NCBI RefSeq assembly: GCF_000143415.4
Contig: NW_003314383.1
Location: 1-64,000 of the forward strand
Direction: 5' to 3'
DNA: 64,000 nucleotides
Source of the DNA: Selaginella moellendorffii
Lineage: Eukaryota > Plantae > Lycopodiophyta
Shown here: one piece after another, positions 37,713-50,245 of the stretch
Layout: every line of letters starts with the position of its first letter
How positions within the stretch are numbered: the first letter of the stretch is position 1
Made by a program: the position numbers and the translations under genes
The notes under the pieces: model-generated
Told to the model about the DNA's origin: nothing
The model's input: the letters and a program-made list of their open reading frames with translations, nothing else
The model's database searches: none

Positions 37713-39214
37713 AAAGGATATTGGGGATGGTTGTTCCCCATATCTGTGGGCATCTTAAGGATGTTAAGGAGTGGATCTAGGATGGTCACTCCTAGATGGA
37801 TGGCCTAGTCTTTGAGAGACAGGACTGTGATGCAAGTGTTGTTAGACCACCAATGTGACCAAGGTGAATGAGTATGGCATTAGCGTAACGGGCTGGTATA
37901 TCGGTGGTACCTTGGGGATTGGACATGTGGAGCACTTGGACCAAGTGCAAAGGTTGAGTGGCATGGATGCTATTCTTGGGGATAGCAAACCCGAAGTCTA
38001 AAATAGGATTTATAGAGGTTGTGAATGAGACTCCTCCAAGTGGTTGGAGTGGTTAAATGACTAAAGTAGAATGGAAAAATTGGTCTCTTACAGCGCCCCC
38101 CCCCCCTCCCCTCTGGGGGACGATCACTTTGGGCTTTCACCTAATAGCATGTATTAGTATTCGTACTCGAACTCGCACTTGGACTTGGTCTCGGTCTCGG
38201 TTTTGGACTCAGACTCGGTCTCAGTCTTAGTCTCAATTCCATCTCGGACTCCATCTCGAGTCCATCTCGGGTCCATCTCAGACACCATCTCAGATCCATC
38301 TCGAACTCCATCTTGGGTCCATCTCGGGCTCCATCTCGGGTCTATCTCGGACTCCACTTTTGGGGCCTAGGGATTTTGTGTCTCACACAAGGTAGTGGTG
38401 ATCAAATAGACAAGGTAAGCTAGCAAATTGGAAAAGAAAAATTTATGGCTTACATTGTGTTGCCAAACTGCTGTAAGTAAAAATTTTAGTTGAGAAAAAC
38501 CTCATATGAAATATGCTTAGTGGCTTTTCCATGAGCACTTTTCATGTTTGTTGTGTCACTAACCTTAGTTTGGAAACAAATAAAAGAGAGAAAAACTACT
38601 AAGCATATAAGAACTTCATAAACTGGAAGGATCAAACAGATTGTAATAAGGTCCTTTCTTCTAAGCTTTGTATATCTTAGATTGTTTTAACTTTCAAATA
38701 TCTTGTCATATTTAGTTTTCTTTCTTCTTGACAACCCGAATCAATCATTATCAATAACATTTTTAGAGCTTTCTCGCAGTCACAGCTCTGAGTGTAAACA
38801 TGTATGATAGTGTTCCATTACATGATGAATTGTGATTATTATTTCTTGGCTCCAGCTTCTCCCTCCAACCAGTGGTTGGTGGCACTGGAAAATCATTTTT
38901 ATTTAATACAATTATAATGCATCTGAAAAATACAGGGGAAAAAACTGTGGCAGTGACATGGACTGAAAGTAAGTACACTTTTAATTGGTGGACATACAAC
39001 TTTTAAATTACCAGTTCCTATTACTGAAACAAGTACATTTGACATATGTGGAAATGAAACTGAGAGGAATAAGATCTTTCTGATAACTTTTTGCACGTAA
39101 TCTAATGGTTCACACTCACCATATAACTATAGTTTTAAGCTTGTGATTATTCATGAATGTAATAAAAATTATCACCAAATAAATAATCTATTATTCTTTC
39201 AGTATACTAACTAC

Positions 39215-39240
39215 CCCAGTGGAGCTGGGATCCCATCTAG
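39215..39240 (+). mobile_element. Helitron 3' terminus
   Basis: Hairpin CCCAGT-GGA-GCTGGG, 7-nt spacer, CTAG followed by T. Confidence 0.75.
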
Positions 39241-39599
39241 TACTCCCTTTACTAGATCTGCTATTTGCATTTAGCATCTATGTGTCATATTCCTTTTTTA
39301 GAATATTATTTACTTAATTGGACGGTTACTATTTGATTACTTTCAAACAACTGCCTAAATTAAAACACGTGGCAAAAGGGTTGAAACGTTTCCTTAGACG
39401 TTTAAAATTTTTAGGGCGAGCCCGATTCAATTCTCAGTCACCTGGTTTATTCTCCTTTTCAGTGCCAAAAGAAACAACCAAGCTGGGCTCGGACGAGACT
39501 TTTGACCAATGCTTTTGGCTATCGCAACTTGTGCTGGTATGTAAGCAAATCTGCAAATCGTTTCCTATCTTTTGTGACATTCATGCATCTCTTTGGCCT

Positions 39600-42466
39600 T
39601 GATGTTGGTACTCCCTGTCCTATTCAAGAGTGGCATAGGCTACAAGTTATGTGAGATTTGCAAATCCTTTCTCAAGAGAATTCATATTCTTCTTCTTTGG
39701 CTTTGATTGCAGTAACTACATTTATGAGTTTCTTGCTTTGGATCATCACCACGAAATTAGAGGAGTGCCTCGGCACTTTATGGTCACTGTCTAGCAGCCA
39801 GCCTGCTGCGTCCTTCAAGTACGTTAATGAAGCTATGAATTCATGGACATCTATTTTTCTCTAGCAGTGGCTGTTTAAGCTCTTCCAGTTTTTGAACAAG
39901 ATGCCCACCAGCAACCAAAAGCTCCAAAGATATCAAGAGCATTGGATTGGAAGTGAATCTCATGAGTCTGGCAACACAAAGCTGTCTCGGAAGTATGTCC
40001 TTCATATCTTTTCTTTTTTTATCCTTCTCTCTGTTCATTTTGTGGTTTTGTCCTTGACACAGTTAATGTTCTTTAAGCCTGGCAAGTTGAGCATGGGATT
40101 GATCATGCACTATTACAAGCTTGCTTAAATCTCCAATTTGTAAACTTCAATGACTTGGTTTTTCCAGATTGGGAAGTTTTACCAGAGTGCATAGATTAAG
40201 CTTTAAGCTTGAGAGGGGTGGACAAGCTTTTTTGAAAGTCTCGAGAGCCCAGCCAGAGTGACTTAGATTGTGTCATTGCAGGCAAATTTAGGACAAAAGG
40301 ACTTTGTGTCCTCGCTCATTGCCCGAGCTCCAGGTTAGCGAGAGAAATTTCACTAAAACTGCTTACTAGATGCTCCTAATCTATTTACATAATTAATGGC
40401 ACCAAAGAAAATGCCCTGCCTAGGGTTGGCAATGGCCAGAAATGAATCATAGTTAAGTGGCATCACATCAGCAATCTTTCAAAGTTCTCCAAGGCTTACT
40501 TTCTTAATGCTGGAAGTGTACAAAATATTCACTTCATTCTTTGAGTTGCTTGAAGTTGCCATGAGGCCTCCAATTAAGGCCAATGCAACATGAGCTTTTA
40601 TGGAGAAAAGCTTTAGGACTTTGCCCGAGCTCCAGGTTAGNNNNNNNNNNNNNNNNNNNNNNNNNNNNNNNNNNNNNNNNNNNNNNNNNNNNNNNNNNNN
40701 NNNNNNNNNNNNNNNNNNNNNNNNNNNNNNNNNNNNNNNNGGTTGGCAATGGTCCAGAAATGAATCATAGTTAAGTGGCATCACATCAGCAATCTTTCAA
40801 AGTTCTCCAAGGCTTAACTTCTTAATGCTGGAAGTGTACAAAACATTCACTTCATTCTTTGAGTTGCTTGAAGTTGCCATGAGGCCTCCAACTAAGGCCA
40901 ATGCAACATGAGCTTTTACGGAGATTCGGTATAAGTGAAAATCCGTGATTCCTATCACTATGGATTTCCTCTTTTGTGCCATATGTAACAGGTGGTAAAG
41001 AAAGGATAGAAGCCACCAAAGTCTTTGGCAAAGACCGGACTGGCAAAACTCAACTAAGCCATACGGAGCTAATGGTAAAGTGGCTTTAGCTCCTGGAGCC
41101 AGAAGGTAGGTTTTGGATTTCCAAACTGGACATACATGCATGAGCATCGATACAACCTTTTGATTGGTAGCAGCTGAAATGAAGGCTCGCCACTCATCCA
41201 GGATTTCATCCTTGCGCAAAAATTTATTCTCGGATGTGCACTAACACCCTCGACTCTGCACAAGAACTGGTGTGGGAGAATGTCCACCAAACAGAGCTCT
41301 TGCTTTCTTGGTAAGAATTAACTATCTTTTATTCAGTCTAACAAGGAACTCATTACCGCCTTGTTTGGAGTAGACTTCTTTGGGCGTGGAGAATTTAATA
41401 TGGACAATGCCAGAGGCCTTTTCTTTGCACGGTACAGACTTTGACTTAAACACCAGAATACGAAAAAGTTCAAAGACATCAAAGGCTGTGATGAGGCCAG
41501 GGGGGGAAATAGTTGAGTTCAGCAAGTAAGGTCGACAAGATCCTGTAAGCAGTAAGAAGCAGAAAAAAAGGCTGCAATATCGTAACTAACACTGGAATTA
41601 TCTTTTTGCTCATTGTCAGTTTCCAGCAACAAGTCGGGCTGTATTACTAGGAATGAGATCCTTCCAGTTGAAGGCGTGAAGAACTTACGAGCTCTTATGC
41701 ATTGCATCTTGCTGATGAAAGAAGAAGCCACTTTCGATGTTGTTATGGTTTTCTGAAAAGGATTGGTTTTGTTCATGGAAAATGTGGGAATGGCACCACC
41801 GCAGCACTGGGAGCTCCACTTGGTGCTGGATTTGGAGTCGACCTGGCGATTGTCGTGGGAGCATCTGCAGCACTTGGCAAACCATAAAGGATTTGACGAA
41901 CAAACAATAAACACTCTTTGTTATTTGAAAGTCACCAATCGTTGGTTTATAAACAAGGTTACATGATATTTCTCGCTCTATTTGATTGTGAGCAGATGTG
42001 GAGGCTCCAGTGCCAATCCGGTAAGCAATTGAATCGACATCGAGTGAATGCCAATATATTGAGAATTGTGGCAATATGCAGTGAAAATATGATCACAGTG
42101 GCAGATGTCTCTGGGGAGAAGACCTTCGCATCAAGTAAATTTTGCTCGATCCTTGTGTCTAGATGAGGTAGAGACCCCACATTTTTGGATATTTTGCCCT
42201 AATTTTTATTGCGTGTGTAGAAAATCAGTTGACTATGGTGAGGGTTTTTCTGGCTATAGCCCGTGCACAAACCTCTTCATTTGGACGTGGTTAGTAAGTC
42301 CTTTTTCTTTCTGATGTTTCTTCAGTAGCTCTTTTGTGAACTTTGCACAGGAATATTTGAATGATAGGATGCATCTCCAAAGGATAAAGTATGCACTAAA
42401 ACCAGAACAGGCATTTGACTTATATATTCCTGGACAATGTTTTGGTATGTATGATTTAGTTTCCAT
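39600..42466 (-). pseudogene. Long decayed coding-like region of unknown family
   Basis: Successive minus-strand protein-like frames (42254-42466, 41685-42074, 40797-41219) are broken by stops and frameshifts, with no obvious introns. Spans an assembly gap. Confidence 0.35.
40641..40740. other. Assembly gap of 100 N (others at 56146-56245, 58987-59086, 62108-62207)
   Basis: Direct reading. Confidence 1.
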
Positions 42467-43140
42467 TTTCTAACATTATTTTTCTGTATATGCTTAGTTA
42501 TATGTTAATAAATTAGGCAATTGTATGTAGTGGATATATATATATATAACACAGTTATAAAGTTAAATTATTTTTAAACTTCTAAAAAATTAATTAATAT
42601 TAAAATTCTATACAAGAGGAAAATTAAGAAAAATAATTGCATAGTGATTATATTTACTCAAGAGATGAAGGCTTAAAGATGAAGTTGGAGTAAAGGTATT
42701 TAAGAGAGTTTAGATAGAAACTTTAAAAGTTACCAAAATTATGTGAATTGTGGTTTAGGAGAAACCACCTTCTCTTAAATTGTATATGAGAAAAGAGTAT
42801 GTAATTAATTTGATACTATAATATTAAAATTACAGATATATGGTAAACCTAATAAAAACCATGCTTTAAAGTAAAAGTAAACAAAGTAGTTACTATAGAA
42901 AATGACATATTTCATAACTTAAAATAGAAGAGTAAAATAGCTCTAACTATTTTGTTTTGTAAATTACTTTTATTTAATTAATAAATTTATATTAATACAT
43001 AATCTAGTGATAAATAATATTTCAAAAGAAGAATATGTGACACCTGATGCTTTTATTTCGACTAATGTTTTAAGTTAGGGTCTGGTTTAAAACATTCTTT
43101 TTCCTTTACACGCAAATGAAACTTCATATCTATTTAGGTC

Positions 43141-44243
43141 ATGGATGTGGCACCTGAAGAGCTTCCTGGACTCTATTCTTGGGTTCGTAGTTGATGCTTA
43201 TCTGATAGATCAGCTCAGTGCTGAGCGTTTGCAGGTTGATGGGATTCCATTGTCAAGGCCGAAGAGAAACATCGCTCGGGATTTCAGCGATGGAGGTACT
43301 GTTTGTTGTCATTCCGTGTTGGATTAAAACGATGTTTTCTGCCAGTACTAGCGGCGGAAGTTGTAGCACATTATTGCCCACGGCTTGTGGATATTCACAA
43401 CTACAGTGCTGCCAACAGTCTTGCTCAGAAGATTTACAACTGGAACACTCTCAACAGTAAGCAACTTTCTGGTTATGCACATTTATTTTGTGTGTGCTGC
43501 AGACAAGGGTTTTAGACGTTTAAACTTTTCCTTAACCAAGGAAGACGTCGAGGCAGTGGCAAATGCTGAAAACCAAATGATCGAAAGAATACTTAAGCTT
43601 TTGAAATATAAGGTAAATGTCTTCTGATCCAAATTCGGTTTAGATATTGTCATATTCTGCCAGATTGCCAAGTACAGGCCGATTAAAACAGAGTCAATGA
43701 AGCACGAGCCTAATGGTCATGGTATGATGGAGAAATGGTCAAATAAGTAATCACACAGAAAAATTTCTTTCGGCAGCTTTAGTCAAAACTCAAACTAGAT
43801 TTTGTAGGCAACTACCCCATGAAAAGGTCGCCCCCTAGAATGTATACACCGCCGAGCAGGTATGAGATTTTCGTCTTTCTTTTTATTGTTATACATGTTT
43901 TCTTGCAGGGGTCATGAAAGAAGACTTTCTGGTGTAAGTGTACAGACGACTTTGTACTGGTTCTGTTCTTGATCTGGTTCAGTTTTACAGAGTCCGAAAA
44001 GGACAGATTCTCCAGAGAGACAGGAAAAGGATGGGATGAATGAATCCCAAAAGGATATTCAACTCCAAGAGCTCCGGGAGACAATCGAGGTAACTAAGAT
44101 TGTACAGTAACAGAATGATGAAATACTACAAGCAGTTGTTAGAAGCCAAAGTTATGAAGCTGGAGCAGCTTGTGAGGCTCAAAGACCACAAGATTCAAGT
44201 GCTGACAGGAAAGCCATCAAGACCTACACGACCCTGGTCTTAG
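43141..44243 (+). CDS. SPEF1: Sperm flagellar protein 1 / CLAMP-like (N-terminal CH domain, C-terminal coiled coil)
   Basis: Exons 43141-43182, 43235-43295, 43346-43456 and 43503-43612 splice via GT-AG introns of 52, 50 and 46 nt to MDVAPEELPGLYSWVDGIPLSRPKRNIARDFSDGVLAAEVVAHYCPRLVDIHNYSAANSLAQKIYNWNTLN.... The last exon reads LEAKVMKLEQLVRLKDHKIQVL. Middle exons are less certain. Confidence 0.92.
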
Positions 44244-44329
44244 TAGTTTTGTAAGTTGCCATTGTCATATCTACACATAATTTTTTGCTAGTTCATTCCT
44301 CGCTGCATTGTAGTTGAGCTTGAATGACT

Positions 44330-44956
44330 TCACGTATAGATGTGCCATATTGTTCCTTTATTGATGCACTCCCAAGGGTTTGTTCTCTCATGGCCTTCAA
44401 GTGGGTATTTTTGAATCTGGAGGGGATCCACAAGTATGCCATCTCGCTGGACGTGGCGTTTGAAGGCACATGTCAGAGGGATCTCCGTGCAAGAGAAGCA
44501 ATGAAAGGAATTGCTTACTGGTAAATTTAAAAAACTCTTAATTCTGACCACCCTTGCTGCCACGCTGCAGCATGGCATTGCACTATATGAGTGACATAAG
44601 ACAGAACTCTGTTGATTGCTGGTATCACAATCTGCCCAGAGTCCCTATGAACTGCGAAATATGTTAGAAAATGCTTTACAACTGACCTCTTCCAAAATAA
44701 AACATGAAGCTTTGATCCAGCACTATGCAGCACCATTTTCTTACCATAACATGTTCTTCTGTAATTCAAATGCAATGGATTTGGGCCAGAACTGAAATAA
44801 AATGAAGCGCCATCATTCAGTGAAGAAAATATAATTTATAGCCAAAGTACACTGAAAGAAAATCCGCACATAGTCCCACACATAAAGAGAAAGAGAGAGG
44901 GAGGGGGAGGAGAACCTTGCAATAGCCGATAGATTTGTCTGCTCGTTGCTCAGCAT
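44330..44956 (-). CDS. Putative small multi-exon gene of unknown function, convergent with SPEF1
   Basis: Minus-strand GT-AG intron signals (GTAAGA, GTAAGC donors; TTTCAG, CGCAG acceptors). Pieces MLSNEQTNLSAIA / SGPNPLHLNYRRTCY / HRDSGQIVIPAINR / RDGILVDPLQIQKYPLEGHERTNPWECINKG. One junction is not resolved. Confidence 0.45.
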
Positions 44957-45126
44957 CCTGCTGCTTCTCCTCACTCTCGTTAGCCCTCTCTCCCGCCGTA
45001 AAAAACACAATTAAAATGTATTTATGATTCCAAACGTCAGACATTTTACATTCAAATATCAGCTGTTAGATCTTAGAATCTTGGAAGAATATGTGACACC
45101 TAGATTAAGGGGCTCTTTCCTTTAAA

Positions 45127-45152
45127 CTAGCAGGGAAGCTAGCTCCGCTGGG
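45127..45152 (-). mobile_element. Helitron 3' terminus (decayed hairpin)
   Basis: Minus strand CCCAGCGGAGCTAGCttccctgCTAG|T, the same motif as 50246-50271. Confidence 0.65.
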
Positions 45153-46577
45153 ATAGTTAGATGTTTTATGAATTAATAAATCAGAATTTTCATTATCTTA
45201 TAGAGGGAAAAATTTGCTGAGGCTCTCTAATATGGAAGAGTCTTTTGGTTTGCATTTAATCTTTGGCTCTTTTGCGAGTGCACATTTAGTCCCACATGGT
45301 GGTCCTGGTTCATGTCTGATACGTGTTCGATGTGATTTGTAGAAAGAGCTTGCTTAGTGCTTAACGTTTACTATAAAGAAAAAAGACATAAAAAGGCCCA
45401 GCCAGTAGCAATAGGAAAATTTGATTGCTCACAGCAAGCAAGTTTCTTCAAGAGAAAAGTCTTATTCAATGGTGCCTTTATTCTGCTACATCATGTGAAT
45501 TAAAACACATGTCTACTGAGTGCCAATCCCACCAACAGGAAGAGAGCAACTCTAGGCCCACAAAGTTGCCTCAGGAGACAGGTAGTTGATTTCGTAATTG
45601 TCAGAAAATGAATTCATCCATTTCATCTACTTTGGGAATGACGTGCTACCATTTTTGAACCCTGTTAAGCTTCCATAACCATTATTAGCTTGCTGTGGAT
45701 AATCATCAAATAAAGTTGATGTGTGTTAGGTGAGTGGGTATTTATGATTGCATTATTTAATAAATGAATATATAGTGAAAGTCGTTTTCTCTTGCAAGTT
45801 TCTCATAACTGCGAGACAAATCACATGTAACTATTTTAAGAGCATGCACATAAATAAAGTATATCCACATGATATTTATTTTACTTATGCACATACATAT
45901 GTGGCATGCTCTTCCAGTGCAGTAAACTCCATACCTTTGTTAGCTTGAATCTCCCAGGTTGCTTCAAATGGTGTGTATGCCTGATTAGAATGTTGTTTTC
46001 CACCACAACAGAAAATGAATACACAGTGCCTGGACAATCTTATCAGACAAAGCCACTGGACAATCATCAGAACTGACAATTCTGATCTCTGTTCCTTCGA
46101 CATCAACGATGTCGAATGACATTATGCATCCAGACCTTTTTGTGTTGAAATGTATCAACTTGTTCTTGTTGTGACTCTTGTGTGGCTTGACCACCTGTAA
46201 GAATGGCACCTATTTTACAGTGGCCCTTTACATGAATGGAACTGTAGTATACCGTTCTTCAACTTTTTTCTTTGGTAGTCTGTTTTATGTCTTTTTTTAA
46301 GCCAACGAGGCACCCAATAGCCATGGAAATATTTGAGAACAAGAGAAAGCGAATACTTCCAACACTGATGAGACTTCATTTGCCAAAAAAACATTTCTTT
46401 TTCATCACATTCTGGTGTTATCACATGATGAAAGCCTTTTGCTATGATCTATGCCATCTATTTGAAGGTTTTGAATTTCAACTGTTAGATTATAAGTATA
46501 TTCACAAATAATATTCTAAATATGGAATAAAAGATGGCAGATGCCATATGCCAATAGCACTTTTAAATAAGGGAGTA

Positions 46578-46603
46578 CTAGCAAAAGTCCCAGCTATGCT
46601 GGG
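46578..46603 (-). mobile_element. Helitron 3' terminus, followed on the right by a very AT-rich body
   Basis: Minus strand CCCAGC-ATA-GCTGGGacttttgCTAG|T. Confidence 0.75.
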
Positions 46604-49120
46604 AGCTTTATGTGTTATATTTTCTTTTAAAAATTTTTAATATTTTACATATTTATCATTGATAATCCCTTTTTACCTAATATTTATATTCATGCATTTT
46701 GAGAGTAATATTTAAAATAGAAAGTGATCTATTATATATCATAAACATTATTTCTGTATTTAGTTTTATAAATCTAAAATAATAATATTATTTATTTATA
46801 TTCATGCTTTTATATTTAAAATTAAGGCTTTATAACACTGTTATGAATTCTGAAACTTTATGATGATAAATGAATGGTAATGTTTTACTCTATACTGGGG
46901 TAGAGTAGGGTTTGATGATATATAATCTTGTCTTTATGCTAGAGCTATAATATATCAGAAAATTCATGAATGGTATATAGATAGGTTTAATATCATATAA
47001 TTAAAATTCTGTATATGGTCCATGTACTAATGTTGTCCTAATCATATTTATACCTTATTATGTTTTTCATGTATAAATGCAATGTAGGATAAAGTGGTAG
47101 AAAATTTATGATATTATATAAATCTTAGACTACATCTTAGCCAACCATAAGTTTACTAATAAGAAAATATTTTACACAACAAATATCTAGAACTATTAAC
47201 TCCTCTATTTTAAGTTAGAAAATATCATATTTTTATAGAAATTACTTTTTTTATATTCTAATTTAGATACTTTTTTTCTTTTATTATATTTAGTACTTTT
47301 TAAAATTTATTTAAAAATATTCCTTAAAATTACATTATATTGTTTTTAGAATTATTTTTTGCATATTTGTATTCGATATCCTGTCCCTTCATAAAATTTA
47401 CATTTATGCTTTTTAGAAGTACTATCTAAAGGTTAAGGTATCATATTTTATATCATTAAGATTCTTTGTGTATATGTTTTTATATAGAGAGAATGCTAAA
47501 ATGAATTAAGATTTTTACCTTTATGTTTAATTTATTTTTATATAAATTTACATTGAGGCTAAAATATTTCAATGAAAGTTATGTTTTTATCTTGATATTA
47601 TGGTATTGATGATTCATAATATTGTTTTTTTCCTAAAACCATAACATGTCAGAAAATAAAAAAAAGGTCCATTGATTGCTTTATTAAAAATAAAATTTTA
47701 AGTGATGAGGAATCACATTTTTTAGCCTGGTAGCCTTTTGTATTTGTCTAATATTGTCTCAATGATATTTTATGTATCTGTTTTCCATGTATCAATGCAC
47801 AAATTATTAGTGTAAATAACAGACTTGTTACACATTCATCAATGAATCTACTCATATTGAGTTGTCTATTAGCTTAGATATTGTCTCATATTTGTGCAAT
47901 ATCATAAAGTTAAAAATAATAAGATTATGATAAAAGTATAACTTATTTACAAGATATAATAGCTGGAGCTATTCAACTCTTCTATTTTAGTTATAAAATA
48001 TATCATTTCTATAGTCACTACTTAATTTACTTTTAACTTTATAGTATATCTTTTATTGTGTGTACTATATACCATCTTTGTAAAAACAATTATGTTTAAT
48101 TTTAATAATATAGCATTGAATTAATCAGATACTCTTTGTTCTATAAAGTTTTTATTCTATAGAAGAAAGAGTATATGATTGATTTGATAATACATGTTTA
48201 AACATATTGAACATATTTTTTGTTTTAAATATATCATACATAGTAGACATAATAAAAAAATTCATCAACGAATACCATCTTTGTACAACTAAATGTTTAA
48301 AATCATTTGAACCTAGTGCATTATATTATCTTGGATCAGTTGTCTAATTGCCTTTTATATGTATTACGATATCACTTATGCCTCCTTGAAAATTTGCTAA
48401 TTTTAACACTTCATTCTCTATTTCTTACAATATTGTGAATGCATTAGTATAGGGATTTATCTCTTTTAATAATTTATCAAGACCACCCATTAGTTGCTCA
48501 TTGCATTTAGAATTGTGTTTGTTTTTTGATTTATATCTCCGTTGCTTGAGCAGTATCTAAAATATTTCATTGTGAATAAGCTGCATATTTTTCATTATTT
48601 GTTTGAAACTTCCAATTTTATATATATATATATATAAAATTAGAGCCACCTACTGCAATGATCAATGAGGCTCTTTCATTTAAATATATTGGATGATTAG
48701 TGAAAGATCTCGATTCAACTTTGATCTTTATTTATATATCAATAAATGTTTTACAATTCTTTCTTTACATTTCAACTCCCTCGTTTTCCTTTTCGTTCCA
48801 ACTTGTTTTCATTCTGCAGTTGTTCTCGGCAGCCACTGAAAGTGTTTTCCAGCCATAGACATAAGAGATGTTGATGTCTGGAGAATACAAAAAAGAAAAA
48901 CGCAAGCAAATGAAGTTAGTAATGGTGAAAAGGAAATAGGAACTTACTGCTGGCATTTTCTTTAAAGCCACTCGAACTTTCTTGTTCTCAAGGCTGGGAG
49001 CACTCCTTTTCACACCACTCCTTCACAGCTTGTCGGTCTTAATGCTGCAATTTTTGACAAATCCATGGGTGTTGCAGAACCTGATCGAACCTGAACCTGA
49101 TTGGTCCTTGCTTGTTTGCA

Positions 49121-49505
49121 GCGGAGGATCTCCTTTCTAAGATGTTGGCCGTGGATCCGAAACAGAGGTCGCCCCCTGTCACACGAGATCAAATGCTTCC
49201 ATTGGCTGGTATCCTCCCTTTCCCAGCGTCTTGTATAAAATTGCTCCTAGCCCCCACATTTCGATGGCTGCCATGTAGAGCTCCAATCCTTGTTCTCCAC
49301 CACCTCAGCTGCCATGTACTTCGCTGTTGTGATATCTCCTAAAGGTGCTGATCACCACTTGTCATGCATGTTTGGCTTGGAAAGAATGTTGTCGACCTTG
49401 AGATTCTGGTGAACCACGCCCCTCAAATAAATCTCTTTGAAGGTCTTTACCAGCTGCTTGATGATTCTGGCTGCTTTCTCCTCACCAATATTCTCGCAAA
49501 TATGC
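49121..49505. pseudogene. Ser/Thr protein kinase fragments in both orientations
   Basis: The plus strand 49121-49167 reads AEDLLSKMLAVDPKQR (subdomain XI). The minus strand ~49290-49500 reads EEKAARIIKQLVKTFKEIYLRGVVHQNLKVDNIL...YMAAEV (subdomains VI-VIII, decayed). Confidence 0.75.
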
Positions 49506-49541
49506 TATATTTAAAAGACCAAATAATTATGGAATAACGCC

Positions 49542-50065
49542 TTAAGAAGGGAAGGCAAAATTTCCACCAACGAACACAACCACTGGAGGAAAAATGCCCG
49601 TGCCCTGTCCAAAAGGAGACTCGGACAACACCACAAAGTCAGCAAACTTTCCTGGCGTCAGCAACCCAACCAAATCCTCCAATGCAGCTGCATACACAGC
49701 TGAGGATGTGTACCTGTGAATCCAAAAACAAAAACTGCATTTCAGTTTCTCATCTTACCCTGCCACTACGTCCCATGCAGCAATCCTTTCCTCGGGATGA
49801 CTCCAGCCTGAAGTGTTCTCTCCATGGCTGTGCGGATTCCTCCAAGTGGATTCACTGCTACCACCTTGAGACAAACCATTCATGTAATGCCGAAGAAAAA
49901 GTATTTGACAGGCTTACAGGCCAGTCAGATCCTAGAGCAACCACACTACCATTTCCGAGGAGGGACACCATTGCACTTCACCAGTTTATACCCCTCTTTG
50001 TGGCAAGTCTGTAGCTTTTGCGTTATAGAAGTGTAAAGTAGGGACCATGTATTAGCACCCACTCT
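49542..50065 (-). pseudogene. 3' exons of a LAF3-like amidohydrolase-3 gene, frameshifted, introns retained
   Basis: Three exons: LLGNGSVVALGSDWP | VVAVNPLGGIRTAMER..(frameshift)..WSHPEERIAAWDVVAG | YTSSAVYAAALEDLVGLLTPGKFADFVVLS...FVGGNFAFPS*. These are amidohydrolase-3 C-terminal motifs. Confidence 0.8.
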
Positions 50066-50245
50066 GCAAAAGAGAGTCGATTAGGAAGGATTCTAGCAGT
50101 GTATCACCTTTTCACGTCCGTGTTCACAGAAGATTATCAAAGCTGTAAGTCTCAGTAGCAACCTATAAAATAAACATGCCAAGAGAAAGAAAAAAAGAAA
50201 TAAATTGAACAATTATAATTACAACTACATTTTTTCAATTTTACT

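Larger units (their letters stand above)
22987..38092 (+). mobile_element. Element A: older non-autonomous (LARD-like) LTR retrotransposon, family D
   Basis: 3'-truncated 5' LTR 22987-~23985; PBS TGGTATCGAAGC; ORF-less internal region colinear with element B; PPT GAGTGGTGGAGT. The 3' LTR 28371-38092 is interrupted by B and by the Cassandra. Confidence 0.85.
22117..38387 (-). mobile_element. Family D LTR split by element A (pieces 22117-22986 and 38093-38387)
   Basis: TGTAAGTGATT start and TGTCTCACA end. The halves are colinear with the 29252 LTR apart from deletions. Confidence 0.8.
20563..38454. mobile_element. Family E LTR interrupted by nested insertions (pieces 20563-21011, inverted 21607-22116, 38388-38454)
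   Basis: The pieces align in sequence to solo LTR 9361-10315. TGTAAG start and CTTACA end; no outer TSD found. Confidence 0.8.

Noticed and set aside
20558-38459. Outer TSDs for LTR E (20563-38454) and element A
   Set aside because: The flanks do not match (GAGAC vs TTGTG; TGGCT vs GCGCC), so no TSD is claimed.
46620-48600. Extremely AT-rich tract as an origin or organellar insert
   Set aside because: No diagnostic motif; more simply explained as a non-autonomous Helitron body or intergenic DNA.
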